Assembly: GCF_009914755.1 (NCBI RefSeq)
Contig: NC_060932.1
Reading direction: 5' to 3' (one strand)
Source: the human T2T-CHM13v2.0 reference genome, Homo sapiens
Length of the DNA: 64,000 bases
The notes under the pieces are model-generated. The model did not search any database, was not told the DNA's origin, and worked only from the letters and a program-made list of their open reading frames with translations. Below, one piece after another: positions 61,307 to 64,000 of this stretch. A program made the translations under genes and the position numbers. The number at the start of each line of letters is the position of its first letter. Position 1 is the stretch's first letter.

Positions 61307-62093
61307 TATACACAGAAAAGAGTCAATGGTTTAATAACTCCCATATATCTGGGCACTCAGCTTCAACAATTATCACTCTTCCCATCACCACCCCCAGATT
61401 ATTTTGATGAAATATTTACAGATATATCATTTAGTCTGTAAATATTTCAGAGGTATAATGGATTTTTTTTAATTTAGGCTCCTCTCCATTTTACCCTATT
61501 CTATTGAATTTATTCCTATTTTACATTCACAGTTACAAATGTCATTCAATCCAACCAATGGCAGTCTTACCAGCTACTCAGATTTGTGTTGAAATTCTTA
61601 AAATGAGGCAAAATGCAAATTGTGCATTCACAGCATATTATCTATGTCATTAATGAATTATGTTATTATAAAACCATATTTATAACCAAAATGCTTCTAA
61701 AATAAACTAAGAAAACTATCAGATAAAAAAATGGAATGACTACTGATAGAATTCTGAGATTTTAACAGTGTCAGTTACACAGTAAAATAGATAAACAGCT
61801 GCTGCACAGAAATCAACAAGGGATTCTATAAGCATTCCTAGGTATGATACTTATGGTTGGGTCACGGTCAAAGCCAAGCTGTGTCAGAAAATTTTTTTCA
61901 TTACTTCCTTTTATTACTTCCCATCAAGTTAGGATAATTTAAACAAAATTATCATAAACTATAATTCTAGTGTTTGAAAACTAGGAAGGAGAAAACAGTT
62001 TTGTTACTATTGTTGCAAGAAGTAGGGACCAGTAACTACAGTATAGTCTACTATAATAAATAGTACTAATATAGCATAAATATATAGAGTACA

Positions 62094-62379
62094 CAGATAG
62101 TCCCTGACTTATAATGGTTCAATGTAGGATTTTTCCACTTTACAATGTGTTTATCAGGATGTAACCCCACCTCAAGCTGAGGAGCTCCTTATGTCTCATG
62201 ATGGGGTTCTGGTTTCTACTAAACAAGTATCACTTTTGCAACCAAAGTAAGGTCGAACCATCCTAAGTTGGGGACCATCTGCTGTGTTGCCAGCATTAAA
62301 TCCATTTTCCACTCACAATATTTATGATTTACAATGGGTTTATCTGGCCATAGTTCCACCATAAGTCAAGGAGCATCTG
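62094..62379. mobile_element. Tigger4/MER46-family element(s)
   Basis: cagatagtccctgacttataatgg ... ccataagtcaaggagcatctg TIRs, plus an internal second end near 62280. Confidence 0.65.
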
Positions 62380-63156
62380 TAGTCTACTAAAAAGTAGACT
62401 TCATGGAAATAATCATATAATGCATACACAGCCAAGTGATAATCACTGATTCTGGTGCTAGAAAGAAATGGATGTCCTGTACTTTTCTGTGTCCCAGAGA
62501 ATACCCAGTGATACCAGTTTTTGACTAGACAGGAAGTTTAAATAAACATTTCAACACAGTAACCTCATGTTTCCAGTCTCCCTTATGATAATCCTTTGTT
62601 TTTTATCATTCTTATTTTACCTTTCATTTTCTTGTTTTATATGGATTGTTATATATGGATTAAAGTCCTTTTTGTAAGTAGCGAAAGTATACATTACTAA
62701 CAAGTATATTTGAAAAAACTGGTTGCTAACATTTTCTGAATTACGAAAGGTTGAAAATTTTTTAGAACTGACTGCTTAATTTCTTTCTAAATGAGATCAC
62801 AGTAAGAGCACAGAATCAGATCTATGACTCTCACCAATCTGTAAAAAGTGGTCAACATGTCTCCTTTGATGGTGGCTCCCATTAGAGAAAAATGCTTACA
62901 AAGCACTCTCCCAAGGTCAAGCTGAAGAAACATTTATGCCACTAACACTCTCAGCAAGCAACACTCACCACAGAGCCATGCAAGCCTCTCTGCATCATCG
63001 CACACATTCTTCCCAAGGGTGGAGGAACGGCTAGGCTTGTATGTTTCAGGTGTGTAAAAAGCAGCTGGCCATGTTTGGCTGTCATTCCTTTCTCTTTTCC
63101 TCTGGGATGTGCCTACTTTAGTCTGGGAGTCACACACATTGACTAGGCTCTATTCA

Positions 63157-63447
<291 letters not shown>

Positions 63448-64000
63448 TTACTCCATATAGTTTTCACAAACACCCAAAAGTCCCAAAGTCATGCAGCTCA
63501 AAAGAGAGTAGAATGAACACTGAAAAAAAAATTGTATCTTTCTATAAACCCAAATTCCTATGCAATAAGTTCATTTAAAAGGCAAACTAAGTCAAGAGGT
63601 TCCTTTTTGGTAAAGAATTTTACCTCATGGTTAAAAAAACTATGATCTAAGTCAAACCAATTAATACCACCTCTCCTCTCCATTTCAAGCTCTCATTTGC
63701 CCCATTAGGTTCATCACTCCCTCCTTGAAACTTTTCTTTCTTGGTTTTCAACACCCTGGGGACCTGACCCTAGTTTGCCCCCACCACCTTTGTTGGCCCC
63801 TCCTTCGCTAATCCATTTTCCACCATTTTATCGCTAAATTGGTGGACCTCAGGTCCAACTCCAATATCTCCTCTTTATCTCCACTCTCCGCTAAATGATC
63901 TCATCCATTTCTATCTAACCCTAGCCTAAAATGCCATGTTCATGTTGAGGGGTCTCCATTTATAACTTGCTCATGAAGCAGGTTCGTGCCACCTGACATT

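Overview
Eukaryotic (human, or a very close great-ape) genomic DNA from the PXDNL/PCMTD1 locus (8q11.2 from recalled gene identity). Both genes are on the minus strand. Positions 1-43165 are the 5' part of PXDNL intron 1. PXDNL coding exon 1 (signal peptide plus Cys-rich LRR N-cap, 164 coding nt) is at 43166-43329. About 8 kb of intergenic, mostly L1-derived DNA follows, then the PCMTD1 terminal exon (3'UTR from about 51565, CDS 54327-54694, containing the split SOCS box), then part of the last PCMTD1 intron. The rest is interspersed repeats: 14 Alus, a full-length-type L1PA with a nested Alu and LTR22, truncated L1PB/L1PA elements, two MER11 solo LTRs, other ERV1/MaLR LTRs, a near-complete Tigger1 and MER DNA transposons. 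Nearly all ORFs in the supplied track are repeat-derived or chance. I found no evidence of a novel multi-gene system. The best second-look items are an out-of-frame uATG 8 nt upstream of the PXDNL start, a ~100-bp inverted repeat I could not assign to a repeat family, a retroposed 3'UTR fragment splitting an intronic CpG-rich island, a tail-less L1 5' fragment with TSD inside Tigger1, and a templated insertion in an AT-rich tract. Repeat subfamily names are from recalled consensus sequences and need RepeatMasker/Dfam confirmation.
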